34,962 bases of DNA from an uncultured Myxococcales bacterium (lineage in GTDB: Bacteria > Myxococcota > UBA4151). The notes under the pieces were generated by a model. It ran no database searches, had not been told where the DNA came from, and saw only the letters and a program-made list of their open reading frames with translations. Each line of letters begins with the position of its first letter. Position 1 is the stretch's first letter. Below are positions 25,176 through 33,697 of the stretch, one piece after another. The position numbers and the translations under genes are program-made. The stretch lies in the NCBI GenBank assembly GCA_964013405.1, contig CAXGWI010000024.1, positions 1-34,962 on the forward strand, given 5' to 3'.

Positions 25176-27341
25176 ATGGCCCTCTTCGCTCATCTCATCA
25201 TCATCGCCGTGATGACTCTGGTATCGCTACCGTTTCTCACGCCGCTTTTGGGCATCCAAGAACAAGATATTCCGGGCCCTGTGTGGCTCTTGGTGATGAT
25301 CTCGGCGGTGGCCAATATTCTGGTGATGGGTTACCATTATTTGGTCCCCCCCCACCCTAAATTTCTGCTCACCGGCTGGCGCCGCCTGGTCCTACGACTG
25401 CACATCCTTTCAGGTACTGTTGAACTCGTAGCCGGCGTGGTCGCGATTCTGAATCCCGGTCATCGCGTTGCAGCCACCGTGATGGCCCTCAGTGCGCTCT
25501 GCGTCCATGTCCCATCGGCCCTGGCCCAAACGCCTATCGTCTTCGGTAGCCGAGCCATCATGCGCCCGGGTTATCTACTCTGTATCGGCCTCCACGCATT
25601 CTGCGCCGCCAGACTTCTCGTCTATCCCCAGTCCTCCTATTGGGTCGTGACAACCTTTCTCATCTTCAACGTCTATGTCTGGTGCCGGCTCTATTACTAT
25701 GTCTTCGACAAGTTTGAGCTCTTCTCGGGCTCCCGCTACACGGTCGCCATTTGCGCTGCGGGCCTCACCACGATCCCCGCAGTCCTTGGCTCCAGTAGCA
25801 TCCTGCTGCTCATCGCAGGCTGCTCGGTCTACATGGGCCTCTACAGCATGTTCTTCATTCGAAGCTCGCTGGACTATCAAGAGTTTGTCCGGGAACGGGC
25901 CCGCGATGCGTCGCCAATCGAGGGCTATATGAGCCTGGTCGAGAAACAGGACGAGGAGCAGTCGAAACACTCCGCTCGCAACTTCTTCGATAGCCTCTTG
26001 GAGCCGAGTTCGCAGCAGGTGACTGTCGATGCCCTCTATCAAAGCCTGGCTGGCTCTGGTTTGACCGTCGACGACCTACGCAGTGGTTTAGAGGCACGGT
26101 TTGGCGGCCATAGCCTGAGCTTCGATGCCTTCTATGACCAGGTCTGGAGTCTGCGAGAGATTCGGCGCCATGCCCTCGTGGTCGCGGGCGCGGAAAAAGC
26201 GAAGAGTGATCGGGACAAAGCGGAGTTTGTCTTCGGTCTACTCGACTTGGACCGGGACGGTTTTCTCGTCCAAAGCGATTTTGAACTCCTGACATCGGAG
26301 TGGGCCATGCCAGCCCCTGAAGCGGCCCGCCTCTTGGAGCATCTCGAGGTCACGAAAGGCCGGAAGATGGACTTTGACGGCTTCTTTCGCCGTCTCCGGC
26401 CGGTGTGGCGGTTTGTCTTCTATGATGTGGTGGACGCGAAACATGGCCGCCGGGAGGACATGCTTGTCCGGGCGGTGACTGCTCGCAGAGAAGCCAAGGC
26501 AACGAAATCGGTTCGTCGGGACCTGCGCCGAGAATTGGTGGGTCACATCGAATTCTTGCAGGGCGCGACCAGCGAGTTTCTCGATGAGTTTGCAGCCTCC
26601 TTGGTCGAGACCCGTTGGGAGGCAAATCAGATCGTCTTCTCCGAGTCGGAGCCTGGTGACTGCCTCTACATTGTCCGGCAGGGTCAACTGCGGGTGGACC
26701 GCAGCGGCGAGTTGCTCGGTCATGTCGCAATGGGCGACTGGGTCGGTGAAGGCGCATTGTTAGACGACAGCGTTCGCTCGGCATCCCTACGAACGACCGC
26801 GCCCTGCAGCCTGTTCGAAATGTCCAGAGCCTCATTTCGATTTCTTCTCGAAAAGCACCCCTCAGTGGAATCAACGCTCACACAGATTCACGAGGATCGA
26901 AACCTCGACGCGATGCACCATTCGCTCAAGCAGGGCCTCTTGGCTGATATCCCGCTGCTGGCCCAAGCGGAAAGCGCACCGCTCCAGGCCATCACCCAGG
27001 CGCTCGAGAGAGAAGTGGTCGAAGGTGAGGTTTTTGCAGAAGGCGCTCAAGCGGACCGTTTCTACTTGATCGGAGCCGGCCAGGTCCAAATCATCCACGG
27101 TGGTATCGTCATCGCTGAGTTGGCGACCGGCGGCTACTTTGGCGAGGGGGCGCTACTCGCCGACCTGCCCCGAACGGCCAGCGCCGTTGCCGTCGGCAAG
27201 GCCACGCTCTATAGCCTGGACAGGACCGCATTTGAACACATCCTCGCCCAATTCCCGGCCCTCGCCGCCAGCGTTCAAGCGGTGCACGAAAGTCGTCAAC
27301 AGGCCTTGCATCAGCCCTCCGGCTCAGGAGATCCGTCATGA
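25176..27341 (+). CDS. Polytopic membrane protein with EF-hand region and two cyclic-nucleotide-binding domains
   Basis: About 7-8 hydrophobic segments in aa 1-228; EF loop DLDRDGFLVQSD (aa 357-368); phosphate-binding cassettes GEGALLDDSVRSAS and FGEGALLADLPRTAS; AAGGAAG RBS. Confidence 0.88.
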   Translation: MALFAHLIIIAVMTLVSLPFLTPLLGIQEQDIPGPVWLLVMISAVANILVMGYHYLVPPHPKFLLTGWRRLVLRLHILSGTVELVAGVVAILNPGHRVAATVMALSALCVHVPSALAQTPIVFGSRAIMRPGYLLCIGLHAFCAARLLVYPQSSYWVVTTFLIFNVYVWCRLYYYVFDKFELFSGSRYTVAICAAGLTTIPAVLGSSSILLLIAGCSVYMGLYSMFFIRSSLDYQEFVRERARDASPIEGYMSLVEKQDEEQSKHSARNFFDSLLEPSSQQVTVDALYQSLAGSGLTVDDLRSGLEARFGGHSLSFDAFYDQVWSLREIRRHALVVAGAEKAKSDRDKAEFVFGLLDLDRDGFLVQSDFELLTSEWAMPAPEAARLLEHLEVTKGRKMDFDGFFRRLRPVWRFVFYDVVDAKHGRREDMLVRAVTARREAKATKSVRRDLRRELVGHIEFLQGATSEFLDEFAASLVETRWEANQIVFSESEPGDCLYIVRQGQLRVDRSGELLGHVAMGDWVGEGALLDDSVRSASLRTTAPCSLFEMSRASFRFLLEKHPSVESTLTQIHEDRNLDAMHHSLKQGLLADIPLLAQAESAPLQAITQALEREVVEGEVFAEGAQADRFYLIGAGQVQIIHGGIVIAELATGGYFGEGALLADLPRTASAVAVGKATLYSLDRTAFEHILAQFPALAASVQAVHESRQQALHQPSGSGDPS

Positions 27342-28945
27342 GTTCTAAAAATCCGACAAAAGTCCTCATTCTGGGGGGGGGCTATGTGGCGATCTATGCC
27401 GTCAAAGCGCTGAAACGGGCCATCCGTCGTGGCGAGGTGGACGTCACCGTTGTCGACAAGAACAACTACCACTGCTTTCACGGTTTGGTGCCCGAAATGC
27501 TGGTTGGGAAAATCCAAGCAGGACAAATCATTTCCCCGGCTCGCCGGATCTTTCAACCAGCCCGGTTTGTCCTGGCAGATATCGAGAAGGTGGATACGCA
27601 AACCAAGTCAGTGGCCGTTCGCCGAGGCCACGATGGCGAGATTGTCCACTTAGCCTATGACCACCTCATCGTCGGCCTTGGCTCCGTCGATAATCTGACC
27701 CGCTACCGGGGTATTGGCGAGCACACGCTGCGACTCAAAAGCTACTGGGATATCATCGGGGTCCGTAACCGAGTCCTCGCCATGCTGGAAATGGCTGAGT
27801 TGGAAGATGACCCGGAAGAGCGCAAGCGCTTGCTACACTTCGTCATCGCCGGCGGAAACTATGCCGGTGTCGAGGTGGCCGCAGAACTCGCCGCCTTTTT
27901 GAATGGCCTAGCCAAAAAGGAGTTTCGTCGTCTCCAGGGTGACGAGGTTCGGGTGACTCTGGTCCATGCCGGTGACCACGTGCTGCCGGAACTTGGGGAA
28001 CGCTTCCCAAAGCTTTCAGCGAAAGCAGCCCATTACCTTCAGTCCATCGGCGTGCACCTCAAGCTTGGGCTGCGCCTCGACGCGGCAACGCCTTTGGAGG
28101 CTATACTCAGTGATGGCTCACGGCTGCCCTCGCGCACCATCATCAGCTGCACCGGCACCGCCCAATCACCGGTACTCGCAACCCTTCCCTTCGATCGGGA
28201 CGCCCATGGAAGGTTGGTGGCCGACGCCAATGGCTGCGTAAACGTAGAGGCTCAGATCTGGACGGGGGGAGACTGCGGCGCCATACCCATGAAGAAGGGA
28301 GGTACTGCTCCCCCCCTCGCGCTCTACGCCATGCAAGCCGGAAAAACGATCGGCAAAAATATCCTCCGAAGCCTGCGCGGAAAACCCTTGAAACCCTACA
28401 GTTTTGGGGGCCTCGGTGACTGTTGCCAGTTGAGCACGGGCAAGGGCGTAGGGCAGATGATGGGGATTCCCGTGACCGGCTGGCTTTGCTGGCTGATCTG
28501 GCGTGCGTTCATGGTGGCCTATTTGCCCTCCTGGATGAAACGGGTCCGAACGGTGCTCGATTGGATGACAACCCCCTTCTTAGGCCGGGACATCATCGCC
28601 GTAACGGCGCCTTCAGAAATGGGTGTGCAGCAACAGCTCTTCGAGCCAGGGCAGTTCATCGTCAACGAGGGGGATGTGGGCAAAGCCATGTTCCTGATCC
28701 GTAGTGGGGAGGTGGAGGTTATTCGTCGAGGCGAGGACGGCACCGAGACCGCCATCGCTACCTTGGGCCCCGGGGAGCACTTCGGTGAGATCGCCGTGCT
28801 CAACAATGTTCGTCGCACGGCATCGGTACGGGCCCGGTCCGCCGTCGAGCTTCTGCGCATCGGCCAGGAGCAAGCAAACCTGCTGACGAGCACTTACCAG
28901 GGCTTCGGCGAGATTGCGGCCACGGCCGAGAGCCGGCTCAACTAG
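27338..28945 (+). CDS. Type II NADH dehydrogenase-like flavoprotein with C-terminal cyclic-nucleotide-binding domain
   Basis: VLILGGGY, YDHLIVGLGS, FVIAGGNYAGVEVAAEL, GGDC, membrane-anchor segment GWLCWLIWR; then FIVNEGDVG..MFLIRSGEV and FGEIAVLNNVRRTASV; ATGA overlap. Confidence 0.9.
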   Translation: MSSKNPTKVLILGGGYVAIYAVKALKRAIRRGEVDVTVVDKNNYHCFHGLVPEMLVGKIQAGQIISPARRIFQPARFVLADIEKVDTQTKSVAVRRGHDGEIVHLAYDHLIVGLGSVDNLTRYRGIGEHTLRLKSYWDIIGVRNRVLAMLEMAELEDDPEERKRLLHFVIAGGNYAGVEVAAELAAFLNGLAKKEFRRLQGDEVRVTLVHAGDHVLPELGERFPKLSAKAAHYLQSIGVHLKLGLRLDAATPLEAILSDGSRLPSRTIISCTGTAQSPVLATLPFDRDAHGRLVADANGCVNVEAQIWTGGDCGAIPMKKGGTAPPLALYAMQAGKTIGKNILRSLRGKPLKPYSFGGLGDCCQLSTGKGVGQMMGIPVTGWLCWLIWRAFMVAYLPSWMKRVRTVLDWMTTPFLGRDIIAVTAPSEMGVQQQLFEPGQFIVNEGDVGKAMFLIRSGEVEVIRRGEDGTETAIATLGPGEHFGEIAVLNNVRRTASVRARSAVELLRIGQEQANLLTSTYQGFGEIAATAESRLN

Positions 28946-29931
28946 GGGCTTATCTCGCGGGCGAGATCGAGGGCCGCATAGGTGAGAACCGCATCGGCAC
29001 CGGCCCGCTTAAAGGCGAGCATGCTCTCCATCATCACCGCATCGCCATCAAGCCAGCCCCGCTTGGCCGCGCCCATGAGCATGCTGTATTCACCACTGAC
29101 CTGGTAGGCGAAGGTCGGCATTTGGAAGCGCTCTTTCACTCGCCAAATGACGTCAAGATAAGGCATCCCGGGCTTCACCATGACCATGTCCGCTCCCTCG
29201 TCGATGTCGAGGGCGACCTCTCGCAGCGCTTCATCCCCATTGGCCGGGTCCTGTTGGTAGGTCCGCTTATCAGCGACACCAAGGGCTGCTTTGGAGCCCA
29301 CCGCGTCCCGAAAGGGACCGTAAAATGCGCTGGCGTACTTTGCGGCATAGGCGAGGATCTGGACCTCCTGGCGCCCCTGACTGTCTAAATGCTTGCGAAT
29401 CGCGCCAACCCGTCCATCCATCATATCGCTGGGCGCGATGATGTCACAGCCCGCACTCGCCTGGACAATACTCTGGGCACATAGCGCTTCGATAGTGGCC
29501 TCGTTGAGGACCTCACCCCGTCGAACGATGCCGTCCTGACCGTGACTGGTGAATGGGTCGAGGGCCACATCGCAAATCACGCCGAGGTCTGGCACCGCTT
29601 CTTTGACCGCGTTCACGGCTCGACAGATGAGGTTGTCCGGACTGGTCGCTAGGCTGCCATCCTCGTCTTTCAATTCAGGCTCAATGACCGGGAAGATCGC
29701 AATGGCCGGAATACCAAGGTCTCGAGCTTCTTTGGCCGCCTCAACCAAGAGGTCGATGGACTTCCGCTGGACCCCGGGCATGGAGGACACGGGCTCATAG
29801 CGCTTGGTCCCCTCGATCACGAAGCAGGGCCAGATCAGATCATCCACGCTTAGCCGGTGTTCCCGAACCAGACGCCTCGACCAATCTGTCTGACGGTTCC
29901 GGCGCATACGAGTCTGGGGATAGTAGGGCAC
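28942..29931 (-). CDS. hemB: Porphobilinogen synthase (ALA dehydratase), Asp-rich non-zinc type
   Basis: RMRRNR, DVALDPFTSHGQDG, APSDMMDGR, AKYASAFYGPFRDA, MVKPGMPYLD, AYQVSGEY. Confidence 0.97.
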   Translation of the reverse strand: MPYYPQTRMRRNRQTDWSRRLVREHRLSVDDLIWPCFVIEGTKRYEPVSSMPGVQRKSIDLLVEAAKEARDLGIPAIAIFPVIEPELKDEDGSLATSPDNLICRAVNAVKEAVPDLGVICDVALDPFTSHGQDGIVRRGEVLNEATIEALCAQSIVQASAGCDIIAPSDMMDGRVGAIRKHLDSQGRQEVQILAYAAKYASAFYGPFRDAVGSKAALGVADKRTYQQDPANGDEALREVALDIDEGADMVMVKPGMPYLDVIWRVKERFQMPTFAYQVSGEYSMLMGAAKRGWLDGDAVMMESMLAFKRAGADAVLTYAALDLAREISP

Positions 29932-29990
29932 TGGGGAGTCCTCGCTAACGCCTTATGGCAGGCCCCGCAGAAAAAATCGTCACCGCCTCG

Positions 29991-31199
29991 TCAACGCAGC
30001 CGAAGAGCCTCCAGCCGCTTCTCGATTTGGGCCGGGGAGAGCACCCCCTTAAACACATAAAGGGCCGCTGGAAGCCCCTCACCCAAGACCGCTTCGCTGA
30101 CCCGGAGCCGCTGGGAGCAGCAGAACAAAATCTTCTCCTCCATGCCGGCTTCTACCCATTCGACACGCCGCCAGACCGCGGCCCGACTCCAAAAGCCCAG
30201 GAGTTCAATATGCACGTGCTCGCCGGTGGGTTCGTGGGTTGCCAGTAGGTCGGGAACACAGGTGCCGAGACCGGGCAGGTCCAAGAGTGCCTGGCTCGGT
30301 GCCAGACTCCAATCGCTGTTGCGTTTGCCGAACTGCTGCAAAAGTTTGTTCACCTCGGGGGCCGCCTCATCCCTTCCGGCGCCATCGGCGCACCCGGGGC
30401 TCGTGAGGGAAAAACTGAGCGGGGCTTTGTCCTTGCCCCAAAGCAAGCTGGCTCGAAGTTCGAAGGGGCCACAGCGCTCAAGAGCCGGCAGCAGTTGGGC
30501 GAGTTGCAAGCCGTACTTCGTCACGCTGCTAAAGAGGCTGAGAGGACCATCGATGCTCAGGTGATACCCAGCCCCTTCCGGGCGCAGTTCGTAGAGTAAG
30601 CGCAGAAACTTAAGCCGGTGAAAGAGGCGGCGGGCGGCAGCCGGATGGCGGGGAAACAAGTCCACCTCAACGGCGGTCGCTTTCAAGAGCACCGCTTGGC
30701 AAGAGGACCGCTTATAGTCCGCAACCAACTGTTCCGGGCTGGGTTGGGCGAAGCGACTCAGTCGTTGGGCTCCCTTCAAGTCCGCGTAGAGGCGACGGTC
30801 GACTTCCGCCGCCGGCAACCCGAAGACCTGACCTGCTTCACGGAGGACCGCCTCCCGATCGAACTGCTCCCCGTCAGGTAGTGCTCGCCGTCTCGTCGTA
30901 GCCAGCGAAAACACCAGGGACCGAACCTCGGCGGGCTCCGCACCCTCGAGGGTTTCGAATTCGCAGTCATCGAGCAGAAGTTTTTGCAAGCCCTCAAGCA
31001 GGCGCTTCTCGCTGGCTTTGTGATCCACCGCCTTCCATTGCTCGAGGAGTTGCGTCCTCGGCGCACCGCGGCTGCGGGCGAGGATTCCGATGAGTTCGGT
31101 CGCTAAAGCTTCTGCTCGCCGGGCCTTGGCCCCCTCGAGCTTGATGATGTGCAGATGGCCACTGCGCCGCTGCACACGGACCAAGTCAGCGGTAAGCAC
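29991..31199 (-). CDS. DUF790 (Bax1-like) endonuclease family protein
   Basis: MLTADL start (GTG 31199, GGAGG upstream), LYADL, IDGPLSLF...KYGLQLA..LPAL, VPD...IELLGFW nuclease-like motif; follows the XPB-like helicase. Confidence 0.85.
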   Translation of the reverse strand: MLTADLVRVQRRSGHLHIIKLEGAKARRAEALATELIGILARSRGAPRTQLLEQWKAVDHKASEKRLLEGLQKLLLDDCEFETLEGAEPAEVRSLVFSLATTRRRALPDGEQFDREAVLREAGQVFGLPAAEVDRRLYADLKGAQRLSRFAQPSPEQLVADYKRSSCQAVLLKATAVEVDLFPRHPAAARRLFHRLKFLRLLYELRPEGAGYHLSIDGPLSLFSSVTKYGLQLAQLLPALERCGPFELRASLLWGKDKAPLSFSLTSPGCADGAGRDEAAPEVNKLLQQFGKRNSDWSLAPSQALLDLPGLGTCVPDLLATHEPTGEHVHIELLGFWSRAAVWRRVEWVEAGMEEKILFCCSQRLRVSEAVLGEGLPAALYVFKGVLSPAQIEKRLEALRLR

Positions 31200-32547
31200 G
31201 GTGCCTCCGCCGACGTTCGCTGGTGCGGGCCTCGCCGGTGTTGCCGGCCACCAGTTCGTAGAGCACAGCCCGTTTCTCGCCATCGGGCCGCAAGATCCGC
31301 CCTAAGCGCTGCACGTGCTCCCGGACACTGCCACTACCGGATACCACGATCGCGACGCGGGCTGCGGGGACATCGACCCCTTCGTTGAGCACCCGACTGG
31401 TGGCAAGGATCCCCAAGTCCCCCTGACGAAAGCGGTCGAGAAGATCACTGCGCTCGGCGACCTTGGTTTGGTGGGTGATGACCGGAACGAGGAAGCGCTC
31501 CGAGATGCGGTGGGCCGTGGCGTTGTCCTGGGTGAAGATGAGCATTTGGTCACGGCGGTGGCGGTGCAGCAAGTCATCGACCACTTCCAATTTGCTGGGT
31601 GCGGCGAAGGCCAACCTGCGTTGATCTTGGTAGCCCGCCATGGCCTCCCGCCCCGCTTCACTGCGGGCCGAGCGCATGATGAACTCACTCCAGCCCTTGC
31701 CGCTGGACATCCGAATGCCCTGCTGTCGTAGGAACCCCGTATAGAGGGCCCTTGAAGCGTCGTAGGCGGCTCGCTCCTCTGGGCTGAGTTCGACCGTGAT
31801 CCGCTCCACGTCATAGTCGGCGAGATAAGCCCCAGCCAACTGGTCCACGTGCTTGGCGTAACAGATAGGACCCACCAGGTCATCGAGGAGTTGGTCCCTT
31901 CCATCATCCCGCTCGGGGGTGGCCGTTAGGCCCAAACGAAATGGAGCGAGGGCACTCTGGGCTGCCAAGGCATAGGAAGCGCCCGGTAGGTGATGCACCT
32001 CATCAAAGAGGATGAGACCGAAGCGATTGCCCAAATGGTCCATGTGCAAATAGGCCGAATCGTAGGTCGTCACAGTGATCGGCTCGACCTGATGGGAGCC
32101 CCCACCCACCAGGCCGATGGGCTGCTTAAAATGGAGCCGGAGCCGATCGGCCCATTGGCGCATCAAATCGAGGGTCGGCACCACGATCAGACTATGGCGG
32201 TTCTTGGCGTGGATCGCTTCCATACCGACCAGGGTCTTGCCAGCTCCGGTGGGCAGGACGACCAAACCTTGGGAGCCTTGCGCCTCCCACCCTTGCAATG
32301 CCTCGCTTTGATAACTGCGAAGGGTCCTGCGAACCTGTAAGCCATGGGGCAACTCACCATAGGCTTTCGCACGATCCTCGTAGGGGGCATCACCCCGATG
32401 AAGCGCCGTGAGAATGGCGGCGTAGCGCCGGGCCGGTGCCCGTAAACAGCGGGCCCTTGGGTCTGGGACGAAGCCGAGTTGGGCAGCCTGGGGTAGATCT
32501 CCCCCCCTCAACTCAAGGGTGCCGGCATGAAAGGTTAAGGTGAGCAT
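31186..32547 (-). CDS. SF2 DEAD/DEAH helicase, XPB/Rad25-like
   Basis: LRSYQ, LPTGAGKT, VVPT, TTYDS, DEVHH, LTAT, VLNEGVD, QRLGRILR, LYELV. Confidence 0.93.
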   Translation of the reverse strand: MLTLTFHAGTLELRGGDLPQAAQLGFVPDPRARCLRAPARRYAAILTALHRGDAPYEDRAKAYGELPHGLQVRRTLRSYQSEALQGWEAQGSQGLVVLPTGAGKTLVGMEAIHAKNRHSLIVVPTLDLMRQWADRLRLHFKQPIGLVGGGSHQVEPITVTTYDSAYLHMDHLGNRFGLILFDEVHHLPGASYALAAQSALAPFRLGLTATPERDDGRDQLLDDLVGPICYAKHVDQLAGAYLADYDVERITVELSPEERAAYDASRALYTGFLRQQGIRMSSGKGWSEFIMRSARSEAGREAMAGYQDQRRLAFAAPSKLEVVDDLLHRHRRDQMLIFTQDNATAHRISERFLVPVITHQTKVAERSDLLDRFRQGDLGILATSRVLNEGVDVPAARVAIVVSGSGSVREHVQRLGRILRPDGEKRAVLYELVAGNTGEARTSERRRRHRAYR

Positions 32548-32636
32548 GACCTGCTCTTGGCAGACCTTGCCATTCCACCCAAGGGCTCGTTGTCTTTTCG
32601 CGCCATCGACTGCAGGCTGGCTTCGGGAGGCTTTCG

Positions 32637-33236
32637 ATGCGTGTCATCCTTTTGTTCGTGCCAATTTTCCTCTTGGGCTGCCCCCAAGAGATCCAAGATG
32701 TAAAATACACACTCGGCTATGAGGCTGCCCTCGATAAGGCCGTACGCAACAACGAGATCAAGCGGGTGGAGACCAGCAAGATCATTGCGTACATCCAAGC
32801 CACCGGCGAAGAGGACCCGAGCCTCCGGCAGCACACCTACGGCGAGTTATCCGAGTTGGCCAAGGCCTGGGAGGCGAAGTTTCAAGAACGGCTCAAGGGG
32901 CTCAAGGCCCGCTACGAGAAGGGCTGCCGCCAAGCGTTGGACACCTTCACGGCCGAAGTCGACCGCTGCCTCGGCGCGACGATGGGTCAAACCCTTGTTC
33001 TGAAACCGCTTGTGAAAGAGGCGGTTCCCAAGTGCCAGACCCTGTTGGGACAGGCCGAAGACAGCAATTCAGCCCGCCCGTCGGAAACACTAGACGCGCT
33101 CAAAGCAGCCATCCAAGCCTGTGAGCGGGCCGTGGCCAAGCGCAAGGCCTGGTACGACAAGGAGATGGCGACGAAGTACAATAAAAACTGTGAGGAAGCG
33201 GCCCGAGGCTTCGGCGTCGCGACCTACGACGAGTAG
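32637..33236 (+). CDS. Hypothetical helical lipoprotein
   Basis: MRVILLFVPIFLLGC lipobox; GGAGG RBS; charged helical body with several Cys. Confidence 0.75.
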   Translation: MRVILLFVPIFLLGCPQEIQDVKYTLGYEAALDKAVRNNEIKRVETSKIIAYIQATGEEDPSLRQHTYGELSELAKAWEAKFQERLKGLKARYEKGCRQALDTFTAEVDRCLGATMGQTLVLKPLVKEAVPKCQTLLGQAEDSNSARPSETLDALKAAIQACERAVAKRKAWYDKEMATKYNKNCEEAARGFGVATYDE

Positions 33237-33241
33237 GAGAC

Positions 33242-33598
33242 ATGATGCGCATTGCCCTGCCTCCGGAGCGGCGCCTTCAAGCCGACTTTAGTACTCGGGA
33301 CGCCATCAAACAGGCTGCAAAATGGACGGCAATGGCCCTCCTCACCCTGGGGATGAGCACCCTCGTGTCGGGGGTCCTTCAGCAAAAAGAGGTGCTCGAG
33401 AAGACACGAATCGTCGACCCTGAGGGACGGACCAGAGGGCGAATTGTCTGCACCGCCACCTTCAAAGACATCCTCGCCCACGGCATTCTTTGGCATGCCT
33501 TGATCCTCGGGACCCTTGGGCTTGCTTGGCTCATCGCAGGCTCCACAAGCCAGGCTTGGCTGCTCTCCCGCTGCCACCTCCAGGTGGACGAGGCTTAG
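33242..33598 (+). CDS. Small membrane protein with internal duplication (resembles DUF6693-like proteins)
   Basis: AGGAG RBS; two similar halves RLQADF..WTAMALLTLG and RIVCTA..WHALILGTLG; family assignment from memory only. Confidence 0.6.
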   Translation: MMRIALPPERRLQADFSTRDAIKQAAKWTAMALLTLGMSTLVSGVLQQKEVLEKTRIVDPEGRTRGRIVCTATFKDILAHGILWHALILGTLGLAWLIAGSTSQAWLLSRCHLQVDEA

Positions 33599-33697
33599 AC
33601 CTTTTGACCTGACTACCAAGTGATTCCCCGAGGGGCTGGAGCAGTCGCGGCAAACGACGGCCCTCTGGGCCCCTCCACCAGGTGACAAGCCTCTCCC

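Noticed and set aside
25176..27341. Calling the membrane protein a cNMP-gated K+ channel, MscS channel or true NOX homologue
   Set aside because: No GYG filter, MscS beta domain or ferric-reductase paired-His helix spacing was recognisable; left unassigned.
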